Assembly (NCBI GenBank): GCA_016928815.1
Contig: JAFGJZ010000015.1
Coordinates: 1 to 60,519 of the forward strand
Origin: Spirochaetota bacterium
Lineage (GTDB): Bacteria; Spirochaetota; UBA4802; JAFGJZ01
Direction of reading: 5' to 3'
Length of the DNA: 60,519 nucleotides
A program made the translations under genes and the position numbers. Shown piece by piece: positions 20,426-29,405 of this stretch. The notes under the pieces were generated by a model. It made no database searches and was not told where the DNA came from. It was given only the letters and a program-made list of their open reading frames with translations. Positions within the stretch are counted from its first letter, which is position 1; each line of letters begins with the position of its first letter.

Positions 20426-20653
20426 TTATTTAAATTCTTTTCCTTCGCGTACTTCCTTCTCGTGTTTCTCTTTTTCAATATATTCCCTGAAAATATATTT
20501 ATAGTTAAACGAATTGTCAGGATTCATATTATTTATATTTATTCTATTAACAATTACACTGTGCATCTGGTAATAGAAATAAGAAAAGAACAGCACCATC
20601 AGTATCAGAGCCGTAACAATTAATTTAAAAACCAGTGATTTTTTAACAGCCAT
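20426..20653 (-). CDS. small membrane protein (hypothetical)
   Basis: ATG 20653 is preceded by AGGAG. There is one TM helix (LVFKLIVTALILMVLFFSYFYY). It is the first gene of the SDR-like/htrA string. Confidence 0.4.
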   Translation of the reverse strand: MAVKKSLVFKLIVTALILMVLFFSYFYYQMHSVIVNRININNMNPDNSFNYKYIFREYIEKEKHEKEVREGKEFK

Positions 20654-20765
20654 TTTATCTCCTGAAAACAGCAATATGCTGTGTTATTTTAATAAATCAA
20701 GTAAAAATTACCAGTCATTTTTAAAACAGATTAATTAAAACAATTCTTAACTTTTACATTTAGTA

Positions 20766-20794
20766 TTGACAGCCGGATCTGATTTTGATATATT
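20766..20794 (+). promoter_or_regulatory. sigma-70-type promoter
   Basis: TTGACA (20766..20771), 17 nt, TATATT (20789..20794). A GGGAGGG RBS precedes the ATG at 20823. Confidence 0.55.
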
Positions 20795-20822
20795 ATAATT
20801 ATTCCACGGGAGGGAATAAGTC

Positions 20823-21491
20823 ATGAAAATTACTGCAGATATGCAGCCGCAGATTCAGGGAAAATCCGCGGGTTTACAGAATATTTCCGTTCCATCAGGG
20901 CGGAAAACCGTTCAACAGCGTCCGCAAATAATAAACAACATCCAGGCGAGAAACATACTCCAGAATACGCCGTCTGAACAAAACCTGTCAAATGCACTGG
21001 TAATAATGAACAAAGCCCGCATTATCATTCAGCAGGCACTTTCAGTTTCATCACAGCTCAGATCTGAAGCAACTGTAACACTCACCTCCGGAAATGTAAA
21101 TTCAACCGAAGTAAGAACCCAGATGGCGACTATTAATTCTTCACTGACGGAATTCAATGTAGCTGTTACAGTCCCGAATATTACCGAATATATCCCGCCT
21201 GAAACAACTGATGCAATAAATGAAAATGTTCAGCTTTTACGGAACAACAGCGGAAACAGCCGTTCAGACAGGGAAATCATTCAGGCGGAAACCGCTTTTA
21301 AAACTTTGGACGGACAGCTTGAAAAACAAATAACAGAAACAGCCGGCAGACTTCAGAAGTATGCGGATAATTATTCAGCTCAAAAACCTGATGTTACAGC
21401 TCTGTCTTCTGAAATTAAATCTGATTTTAGAAACGCACTCAATTCACAGGGAAACATTCTGCCTGCAAGCATGGAAACATTACTGGCATAA
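20823..21491 (+). CDS. hypothetical protein (Q/N/S/T-rich, predicted helical)
   Basis: ORF with a good promoter, RBS and downstream hairpin. No family recognised. Confidence 0.45.
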   Translation: MKITADMQPQIQGKSAGLQNISVPSGRKTVQQRPQIINNIQARNILQNTPSEQNLSNALVIMNKARIIIQQALSVSSQLRSEATVTLTSGNVNSTEVRTQMATINSSLTEFNVAVTVPNITEYIPPETTDAINENVQLLRNNSGNSRSDREIIQAETAFKTLDGQLEKQITETAGRLQKYADNYSAQKPDVTALSSEIKSDFRNALNSQGNILPASMETLLA

Positions 21492-21512
21492 TCAGAAGCA
21501 TAAATTTACATT

Positions 21513-21548
21513 GCAGAAAATCAGTCCGGTAACAGACTGATTTTCTGC
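21513..21548 (+). terminator. strong hairpin after 20823..21491
   Basis: GCAGAAAATCAGTC (21513..21526) pairs perfectly with GACTGATTTTCTGC (21535..21548). There is no clear U-tract. Confidence 0.55.
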
Positions 21549-21689
21549 ATTACTGCCGGAAGTGGACATTTTAACGCAAACCGTCCTTTTCTATTTGACT
21601 TTAAAGACAGTCTCTTTTATTATATTGAAATATGATTATAATTTTATAATAATATATTCCATATTTATATCATTTAAGGCGGGAAAATT

Positions 21690-22094
21690 ATGCATGTTTT
21701 TGACGGCTTCATAGCTGCAGTTGCATCGGAGTTCAGATTAAAATTCAACAAAACGGAAGAAGGAGCCTATACAACAAAACTGGAATTTGAAAACAACCGT
21801 TCCCAGGAAGTCCTGATAACTCTTACAAAGGATGAAGCTGAAGACCGGATTATCAGATATTACAGTATTGTAGCGAAACTGAAAGCTGACTTCGGCGAGC
21901 TATATAAATTTGCGCTTCAGACAAACACTACACTTGATTACGGTGCACTTGCACTTCTGAATGACACTCTCATTCTTGTAAACTCAATTCCGCTGGAATC
22001 CTGTGAACCTGTTCAGTTTATTAAATCTCTGACTTACATTGCGGCAAAAGCGGACGAACTGGAAGAAATGCTTGTAAAGAAAAATCTTTATTGA
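21690..22094 (+). CDS. YbjN-like (type III secretion chaperone-fold) hypothetical protein
   Basis: The size and pattern (…LEFENNRSQEVLITL…RIIRYYSIVAKL…DYGALALLNDTLILV…) resemble the YbjN / sensory-transduction-regulator family. This is a weak call. Confidence 0.4.
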   Translation: MHVFDGFIAAVASEFRLKFNKTEEGAYTTKLEFENNRSQEVLITLTKDEAEDRIIRYYSIVAKLKADFGELYKFALQTNTTLDYGALALLNDTLILVNSIPLESCEPVQFIKSLTYIAAKADELEEMLVKKNLY

Positions 22095-22096
22095 AA

Positions 22097-22125
22097 ATAA
22101 AAAGCCGGGTTAACCGGCTTTTTTT
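22097..22125. terminator. bidirectional intrinsic terminator
   Basis: AAAGCCGG (22101..22108) / CCGGCTTT (22114..22121), flanked by an A-run and a T-run, between convergent genes. Confidence 0.7.
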
Positions 22126-22133
22126 AATCCTTA

Positions 22134-22658
22134 TTATTGCTCAAGATCCATTCTTATTTGAATTTTACCTGACAAATCGGCGATTAAATCATAATTGGCG
22201 GTATCATCCGTATGAATAAAAACAGCCAGGTTGTTTTTTGTGAGAAGTATTGCCCTATCAGAATTATATTTAACGTAATCAGTGAGCTTTTTAACTTCAG
22301 TTTTTGCACCATCCGAGGATTTAAACAGGATAAGATAACACACGATATCATCACCATACGGTTCAGCATTACTTGCAAGGATGGTCATATGAATGCTTTT
22401 TATACTCTGAGAATTTCCATCAGGATAGATGTTTTTGGCAAGCCTGTCAATGGCGCTTCTATCCAGAGCCCATGGATTCATTTTAAGCACAGGACGTGCA
22501 AAAACAGGAATTGAGCCGTAGATAAAACCTTCAGGAATATCAGCATCATTTATTTTAATCTTATCAAGAACGTCATCGTTAAAATTCGCTCCATATGACA
22601 TTGCGGAACAGACTGCAGATAGTACAATTATAATTGACAAAATAATTTTTTTGTTCAT
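22134..22658 (-). CDS. secreted hypothetical protein
   Basis: Signal peptide MNKKIILSIIIVLSAVCSAMSYG. No family recognised. Confidence 0.45.
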   Translation of the reverse strand: MNKKIILSIIIVLSAVCSAMSYGANFNDDVLDKIKINDADIPEGFIYGSIPVFARPVLKMNPWALDRSAIDRLAKNIYPDGNSQSIKSIHMTILASNAEPYGDDIVCYLILFKSSDGAKTEVKKLTDYVKYNSDRAILLTKNNLAVFIHTDDTANYDLIADLSGKIQIRMDLEQ

Positions 22659-22949
22659 ATACCCCTCTTTTCGAAAAATTAATTTTTTTTCCTTGCCATT
22701 TATTTACACATAATAAATGTATATTACTCCACGTTATATTTTCGGTATAACTAAAAAAAATTTGAGATATTTTTCTTTTGAGACATAATTTTTTTATTGA
22801 CGTGAAGCCTTAATAAGTTATTGTAAATCCCATACTACTTACAATAATCCACTGGCAAAAGTTACAATCAAAAAATTTCACAGTAAAATGTGTGGATTTT
22901 TTGTCTATTTATTTTATGTTGTATATACCTATTTTAAGGTGACTATTTT

Positions 22950-25016
22950 ATGAAACAGATCGAGAGCAATGTTCAATTTATTCTGAAGCGCGACGGACGT
23001 GTAGTAGAGTTTGATCCGGCAAAAATCACCGAAGCTATCTTTAACGCAGCAAAAGCCGTAGGCGGTTCAGATTTTGACAAAGCTGTCGAGATTACAAAAA
23101 CCACCATAGGCATACTGGAAATAATATATAAAGACGGCAGAATTCCTACGGTTGAAAACGTACAGGATCTCGTTGAGAAAATCCTTATTGAAAAAGGACA
23201 TGCAAAAGTTGCAAAGGCATATATCCTGTACAGGGATCAGCATAGAAAACTTCGCGACAACAATTCTCTTTTTCAGGAAGGCATAAATCTGATTGAGAAC
23301 TATCTTGACCGTTCCGACTGGCGCGTAAATGAAAACAGCAACATGAGCTACTCTCTGCAGGGACTTAATAATCACCTAGCATCGGCATTAACAGCAAAAT
23401 ACTGGCTTGAAAGAATATATCCTCCGGAAATCCGGGATCTTCATCAGAACTGCGACATCCACATACATGATCTGGGGCTTTTATCAGCTTACTGTGTAGG
23501 ATGGGATCTGAAAGACCTTCTTACAACCGGTTTCGGCGGAGTAAAAGGGAAAATCGAAAGCCGTCCGGCAAAACATTTCAGAAGCGCTCTCGGTCAGATA
23601 GTAAATTTCTTCTATACACTTCAAGGTGAATCAGCAGGCGCTCAGGCATTTGCCAATTTTGACACATATCTTGCACCGTTTATCCGTTATGACAATCTTA
23701 AATACAAGGAAGTCAAACAGAGTATTCAGGAATTCCTGTTTAACATGAATGTTCCTACCCGTGTCGGGTTTCAGACTCCTTTTACAAATGTCACACTTGA
23801 CCTGAATGTGCCATCAAACATTGCCGAAGATCATGTAATTATCGGCGGTAAAATCATGACCGAAAAATACGGTGAATTTCAGCCTGAGATGGATATGTTC
23901 AATACGGCTTTCAGTGAATGTCTGCTGGAAGGAGACGCCCTTAACAGGATTTTCACTTTCCCTATTCCGACATACAACATTTCAAAGGATTTCAACTGGG
24001 ACAATCCCAATCTTAATAAATTATGGGAAATGACCGCAAAATACGGAATACCTTATTTTGCCAATTTTATCAACTCGGAAATGGACCCTGAAGACGCGCG
24101 TTCAATGTGCTGCAGACTCCGTCTTGACAACCGGGAACTTCGCAGCCGCGGAGGCGGATTGTTCGGAGCAAATCCTCTTACAGGCAGCATAGGCGTAGTA
24201 ACAATTAATCTTCCAAGACTTGCATATAAGTGTACAAGTGAAGAACAGTTTTTCAGCGAGCTTGCTTCACTTATGAATCATTCCAAACAGAGTCTTGAAA
24301 TTAAGCGAAAAATTCTCGAAAACTTCACGCATAATAACCTGTATCCATATACAAAGCATTATCTTCGTGACATATACACCAGAAACGGTCAGTACTGGCT
24401 GAATCATTTCTCAACGATCGGTCTGGTAGGCATGAACGAAGCCTGTCTTAATCTGCTGTCAAAAAACATAACAACTGAAGAAGGTAAAAATTTCGCTATA
24501 AGAGTTCTTGATTACATGAGGGAAACAATCGCCGGCTTTCAGGAGGAAACAGGCAATCTTTACAATCTCGAAGCAACGCCTGCGGAGGGAGTTACATACA
24601 GATTTGCCCAGCAGGACAAGAAGGATTATCCTGAAATCATTTCTGCCGGCCAGAATGAGCCCTACTATACAAATTCCGTCCATCTCCCGGTCAATCATAC
24701 AGATGATATTTTTGAAATACTGGATCACCAGGATGAACTTCAGATTAAATTCACAGGCGGTACGGTAGTACACTGCTTTCTGGGAGAAAACATTGACGAT
24801 CCTGCAATGGCAAAACAGCTGGTCAGAAAAATTGCGGAAAATTATCATCTCCCGTATTTCTCGCTGACTCCTACATTCAGCATATGTCCCATTCACGGAT
24901 ATATTCCCGGCGCGCACAAGTATTGCCCTTATGATCACAACGATTTCGATCTTGAAGAATTTGGAATTGAAGTTTCTGAGGATGATACCGATAATAAAAG
25001 AGTAGCTTCATATTAA
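22950..25016 (+). CDS. nrdD: anaerobic (class III) ribonucleoside-triphosphate reductase NrdD, core lacking the glycyl-radical C-terminus
   Basis: N-terminal ATP-cone (ILKRDGRVVEFDPAKITEAI). The NrdD core has IHIHDL, CCRLRLD, and NLEATPAEG, then a C-terminal metal-site region CPIHGY..HKYCPYDH. The ORF then ends in an acidic tail without an RVxGY motif. Confidence 0.9.
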   Translation: MKQIESNVQFILKRDGRVVEFDPAKITEAIFNAAKAVGGSDFDKAVEITKTTIGILEIIYKDGRIPTVENVQDLVEKILIEKGHAKVAKAYILYRDQHRKLRDNNSLFQEGINLIENYLDRSDWRVNENSNMSYSLQGLNNHLASALTAKYWLERIYPPEIRDLHQNCDIHIHDLGLLSAYCVGWDLKDLLTTGFGGVKGKIESRPAKHFRSALGQIVNFFYTLQGESAGAQAFANFDTYLAPFIRYDNLKYKEVKQSIQEFLFNMNVPTRVGFQTPFTNVTLDLNVPSNIAEDHVIIGGKIMTEKYGEFQPEMDMFNTAFSECLLEGDALNRIFTFPIPTYNISKDFNWDNPNLNKLWEMTAKYGIPYFANFINSEMDPEDARSMCCRLRLDNRELRSRGGGLFGANPLTGSIGVVTINLPRLAYKCTSEEQFFSELASLMNHSKQSLEIKRKILENFTHNNLYPYTKHYLRDIYTRNGQYWLNHFSTIGLVGMNEACLNLLSKNITTEEGKNFAIRVLDYMRETIAGFQEETGNLYNLEATPAEGVTYRFAQQDKKDYPEIISAGQNEPYYTNSVHLPVNHTDDIFEILDHQDELQIKFTGGTVVHCFLGENIDDPAMAKQLVRKIAENYHLPYFSLTPTFSICPIHGYIPGAHKYCPYDHNDFDLEEFGIEVSEDDTDNKRVASY

Positions 25017-25064
25017 AAAAGGTTTTAGTTTCAATATATTAAAAAATTATTTCTGGAGAATGGC

Positions 25065-25214
25065 ATGTTAAACAAAAAAGTACCTGTAGAAGTTTATTCA
25101 AGAGTAGTAGGATATTACAGACCAGTTAATCAGTGGAACAAAGGAAAACAGGAAGAATTTGCAGAAAGAAAAGAATATGCTATTGAAAACCTTAAAGAGA
25201 GCGTCTGCTGTTAA
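25065..25214 (+). CDS. 49-aa ORF carrying the NrdD glycyl-radical motif
   Basis: GGAG (25055..25058) lies 6 nt before the ATG. The product is MLNKKVPVEVYSRVVGYYRPVNQWNKGKQEEFAERKEYAIENLKESVCC. SRVVGYY..WNKGKQEEF matches the extreme C-terminus of intact NrdD proteins (E. coli RRVCGYLG..FNAGKQEE). Its stop directly abuts the nrdG start. Confidence 0.7.
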   Translation: MLNKKVPVEVYSRVVGYYRPVNQWNKGKQEEFAERKEYAIENLKESVCC

Positions 25215-25910
25215 GTGAAAATTGCCGGTATTCTGAAAACATCGTTAATTGACTTCCCGGGCAACATCAGCACAGTAATTTTTACCGGAGGATGCAATTT
25301 ACGATGCAGATACTGTTACAATATAGATCTTATCGAATCCAATCCGCGGAATGATGTATTATCGGAAAAGGAGCTTTTTGAGTTTCTTGAAAAGAGAAAG
25401 AATCTTCTTGACGGAATAACAGTTTCAGGCGGAGAACCCTGTCTTCAGAAAGACATTACGGAATTCATCGGCAGACTTCGTCCATTTAATCTCAAAATAA
25501 AAATTGATACAAACGGGTTTTTTCCTGAAAAACTCGGAGAGCTTCTTGAAAAACAGCTTATAGATTATGCTGCCGTCGACATTAAAACATCCCCCTCAAA
25601 ATATAATGAACTTACAGCTGTAAACTGCGATATTTCCAAACTGAAAAAGTCACTTGAACTGCTTAAGACATCAGGCATTGAGTTTGAACTTAGAACCACT
25701 GCTGTTCCGGGATTTGTATCGCATGATGATTTCAGGGAAATCGGAAATTTTACGGGAAAAGTTAAAAACTATTACATCCAGCAGTTTGTAAACGAAAATA
25801 CGCTTGATCCGGAATTCGAAAAAAAGTACTCCCTTTCATCTGAAATTCTGAAATCATTCTGCGGAACAATTTCAGAATTTGCAGAAAACGTAGCAATTCG
25901 GGGATTGTAG
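25215..25910 (+). CDS. nrdG: anaerobic ribonucleotide reductase activating protein (radical SAM)
   Basis: GTG start. SLIDFPG is present, with the radical-SAM cluster motif CNLRCRYC and GITVSGGEP. Confidence 0.85.
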   Translation: MKIAGILKTSLIDFPGNISTVIFTGGCNLRCRYCYNIDLIESNPRNDVLSEKELFEFLEKRKNLLDGITVSGGEPCLQKDITEFIGRLRPFNLKIKIDTNGFFPEKLGELLEKQLIDYAAVDIKTSPSKYNELTAVNCDISKLKKSLELLKTSGIEFELRTTAVPGFVSHDDFREIGNFTGKVKNYYIQQFVNENTLDPEFEKKYSLSSEILKSFCGTISEFAENVAIRGL

Positions 25911-25913
25911 ATT

Positions 25914-28900
25914 TTAATTCCTTTTATCCAGTAAAATGCGGTAATTATCCATTTCTCTTACACTTAATGCAAAATTTTTAAATTTTTCAAATTCAGCTGC
26001 AGGAACGACCTGTTTTCTGAATTCAGTTTTTTTTGTAACTTTAATGATATTACTGTTTTTCTCTTTTTCTATGGAGTAAGAAACCGATGAATTACCGTAA
26101 GAAAGAACTTTATTAACGGAAATAACGGTATCCCCGTATCCGCTTTCAAGCTTATAAAAATAGGTTTCTTCCGACAATTCATTCTGGTCTATTACAAGAT
26201 CAAAATTTCTCTCATTATCATAAAGATAATTCAGAAAACCTGTTTTCATAATAAACGGATTAAAGGAAAGTGAATCCGGACTTTGAAGTGAAAAACCTAA
26301 AATACTGCCCTTTGATTCAATTGAAAACGGAACTGAATAATCATTCAGTCTGCTTACCGAAAAGGAGTCTGTAATCAGTCCGGGATTATCCATTGCCGAC
26401 AGCGCCGATACCATTGTACTGTGCATGCGCTCATCCTTAAAATAGTATCTCAGATAATTGCTTACGCCTGAATAAAGCGTTTTAATGCTGAAAAATGTTT
26501 CACCCGGATCAGTCATATCAATATCAGCAGTAATGACGGAAGATGATTCGGCAATTCCGCTGACCTTCACTCTTCTGATTTCTTCCGGTCCGACGACAAG
26601 CGCTGTGTTATTTTCATAGAATTCATCAACATTTCCGGCGGGATAATACTCGGATGAAAAATCAAGCCACATTTTCACTGAAGGTACATAAAGCAGAATT
26701 CCGTTTAAACTGTCCTTAAAATAAATATTTTCCTTCATGAGATTGTCATCTCTGACCAGAGCGGGAAAAGATTCTATTCCCAGCTGATGGAGCATCTGAC
26801 GCGCCAGAAAAACCTTATCTTCAACTGTGCCTTTTTTCAGAAACAGAATATCTTCCGGATCTGCAGGATAAAAATAAAAATTACCGTTAGTAGAGATCTT
26901 TCTGCTTACAAAATTATAAACCGCTTCAATTTTCGAAGAAACATCCGTTTCGGGAGAAATTTTTAATTCACTGCCGAAATCAAGATCTTTAAATTCCGGA
27001 AAATAACCGCTGTACCACCGGATAAGATCATCAGCGGAGGTTATATTTGTAAATCCGAAAGACGGCATGTTCCTTCTGGAATCACCGGTGTAATATTCAT
27101 TCTCAATTTCATGAAGGCCGTTTAATTCAAAAGAATATACATTGAGATTGCCGTCCCTGGCGGTTTTAACCGGAACATTCCGGTTGTTATACAAAACAAG
27201 TTTATCCATTTCAGTAATTACTTTTACTTCAATTTTAGACGCACTTTCACGGAATCCCTGCAGTCTGATATAATTACTCGCAAGAAATGATGATTTATAC
27301 CATGTAAAATCATAATTATTAATTTCATATATCACATGTACGAGAGAATTTTTCCTTATTCCGTTGATTGAAATGAAAAGTCCATCCGCCGTTTTATTTT
27401 TTTTATATGAAGCGGAAACCGAGCCGTCACGATTAATCACTTCAGCCTTGATTATTTCATAATTCGATGTAACCGGAATACGGTACTCACCTTTTGAAGA
27501 TACCTCCGAATCATTTTTGATAAAAAGAAGTTCCTCGTGAAAATAGCGGCATGTATTGTTTTCATACAGTCTCACGATTTCTCCGCGGTAGACGGTTGAT
27601 GACGGATAATAGAATAAATTATTCTGAAATTTCTCAATCTCCGAATCAACATAATCCGCATTTCTGTACTTCTCAAATTCACTTGAAAGCCTGTTTTCTG
27701 CCGAATAGGCCAGATAGTCCTGAGGAAATACAAATTCAGGTTCAAGCGAATACAATTTCCCCCAGTAAAGATCAGCACTTCTTTTTTCACTGACTTCAAT
27801 ATCGCCGAGATAATATAGAATTTCGGGAGTTTCATTCTGCGCCAGCAACGACAGAAAAATCCGTTTAGCTTCGCCATATTTTTTCTGCAGAATAAGGATT
27901 TTTCCGGTTTCCATATTTTTATTGAAATCTGAAAGCACTGCTTTATTAAGACAGTCAAGAGCTTCGTCATATCTGCCGGTTGATTTATACTGAAACAGCA
28001 GATTACGCAGAACCTTGGTGCTTATTATTTTTTTCAATAATTCAGTTCCGGTTTTTTCACTTATTGAGTTGTTCCGGCCGTGATAAAAATCCATTTTATA
28101 AATGTCAGCTGCGTATGAATCAGGAAACAGTTTTCTGATTCTTTCATACTGATTAAAAAACTGCTTTTCATAACCTTTAGTATGATAAAAATTCAATACT
28201 GCATATTCCAGCGGATAGTAGTCCGAACCGCTCCTTATCTCAGCAACAATTTTGAAAGCATCCTGAATGTTTCCGTCTTCAAGTTTCTGCTGAAACTTGT
28301 AAAAAAGCGCAGGCACGGGAGGATGCGGTTTCTGCCATACTGATGTCAGAATTTTCCAGCCGTACGCCGATTTGGCTGAAAAAACCGAATGAAAATCGAC
28401 AAGATCCGATCCATACAGTGTTTTTGCCGCTCCCGAAGAACTGCTCTTCAGATATACATCATAATGATTCTGGAATTCCGAACTGCCGAGAAAATAGAAA
28501 TATTTAGCCAGAGCAAATCCGGAACTGCCTGCGGATACAAGTTTATCATGAGGATACATAAGGTGTTCCGCAATGTCCGCTCCCGTCGCCGGGGATGTTT
28601 CAGTGTATTTAATATCCGCAGAAGTAAAATCATTTTTCAAAACAGATGCCCTGAAACCGGAATCCGGCTCTGCAAAAAACTTAATCAGCACTGTATATTC
28701 ACCGCTGCCTTTAACACTGAAAATTCTTCTATTACGGTATGTATTCTGATAAAAATTCGTTCCGGCTTCCTTCCCGTTTATAAAAATCTTATAATAGTCG
28801 CTGCTTTCGATAACAAGATAAATCTCCCTGTCCGATACAAATGATGATTTAAAGTAATAAATTCCGCTCTGAGGATATACGTTTTCGTTAAGATCCACAT

Positions 28901-29405
28901 AATTATACAGAGATGATGTTATGTTACGGTTTTTAAAATCAGGATTCTTTTCCGGATCAAACTGAACATTGAGATCGGCATAACCGTACTTTACAAATCT
29001 TCCGGAAACTTTCCATTTATCAATATATGTAAAGTGATTGTTCCTTTTCCCCTGATGAACAAACATTTCTCTCAGATTCTGCTGAGTAAAATAAAGACTG
29101 CTCAGTATTTCATTTTTATCAGAACTGCCGCTTTTTTCAACAAGTCCGGCATATTCATCCAGAACATGTACAATTGCATCATATCCTTTAATATTATACA
29201 TGGATGCAATCATCTGGGCATATACAGCTGATTCAGGAGCAACCGGGTTTTTCAGAATGTAACCGGAAAGATAGTCAAATTCCTTAAGCTGGTTTCCCTC
29301 TGCATAGTACCTGTCGTAAAGAGAAAGTTCATTTCCCGCCTCCTGAACTCCTGAACCGGGTGAAATTACGAGAAGAAACAGTATGCCGAACAGTGCTGGT
29401 TTCAT
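25914..29405 (-). CDS. giant secreted DUF3857/transglutaminase-like paralog with substituted catalytic residues
   Basis: Signal peptide. The architecture is collinear with the upstream 1224-aa gene: jelly-roll-like block, helical repeats, DUF3857-like block and transglutaminase-like block. The core reads GTVEDKVFLARQML ... LNGILLY ... WLDFS, so the Cys and His positions are V and G. Confidence 0.6.
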   Translation of the reverse strand: MKPALFGILFLLVISPGSGVQEAGNELSLYDRYYAEGNQLKEFDYLSGYILKNPVAPESAVYAQMIASMYNIKGYDAIVHVLDEYAGLVEKSGSSDKNEILSSLYFTQQNLREMFVHQGKRNNHFTYIDKWKVSGRFVKYGYADLNVQFDPEKNPDFKNRNITSSLYNYVDLNENVYPQSGIYYFKSSFVSDREIYLVIESSDYYKIFINGKEAGTNFYQNTYRNRRIFSVKGSGEYTVLIKFFAEPDSGFRASVLKNDFTSADIKYTETSPATGADIAEHLMYPHDKLVSAGSSGFALAKYFYFLGSSEFQNHYDVYLKSSSSGAAKTLYGSDLVDFHSVFSAKSAYGWKILTSVWQKPHPPVPALFYKFQQKLEDGNIQDAFKIVAEIRSGSDYYPLEYAVLNFYHTKGYEKQFFNQYERIRKLFPDSYAADIYKMDFYHGRNNSISEKTGTELLKKIISTKVLRNLLFQYKSTGRYDEALDCLNKAVLSDFNKNMETGKILILQKKYGEAKRIFLSLLAQNETPEILYYLGDIEVSEKRSADLYWGKLYSLEPEFVFPQDYLAYSAENRLSSEFEKYRNADYVDSEIEKFQNNLFYYPSSTVYRGEIVRLYENNTCRYFHEELLFIKNDSEVSSKGEYRIPVTSNYEIIKAEVINRDGSVSASYKKNKTADGLFISINGIRKNSLVHVIYEINNYDFTWYKSSFLASNYIRLQGFRESASKIEVKVITEMDKLVLYNNRNVPVKTARDGNLNVYSFELNGLHEIENEYYTGDSRRNMPSFGFTNITSADDLIRWYSGYFPEFKDLDFGSELKISPETDVSSKIEAVYNFVSRKISTNGNFYFYPADPEDILFLKKGTVEDKVFLARQMLHQLGIESFPALVRDDNLMKENIYFKDSLNGILLYVPSVKMWLDFSSEYYPAGNVDEFYENNTALVVGPEEIRRVKVSGIAESSSVITADIDMTDPGETFFSIKTLYSGVSNYLRYYFKDERMHSTMVSALSAMDNPGLITDSFSVSRLNDYSVPFSIESKGSILGFSLQSPDSLSFNPFIMKTGFLNYLYDNERNFDLVIDQNELSEETYFYKLESGYGDTVISVNKVLSYGNSSVSYSIEKEKNSNIIKVTKKTEFRKQVVPAAEFEKFKNFALSVREMDNYRILLDKRN

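Noticed and set aside
22846-22898. NrdR-box-like or inverted-repeat elements lie upstream of nrdD: AATCCAC...GTGGATT, and CACAGTAAAATGTGTG at 22879..22894.
   Set aside because: Only one CACA-N8-TGTG element is present. I cannot find the paired second box at the usual roughly 31-bp spacing. It is too weak to call without a position weight matrix.
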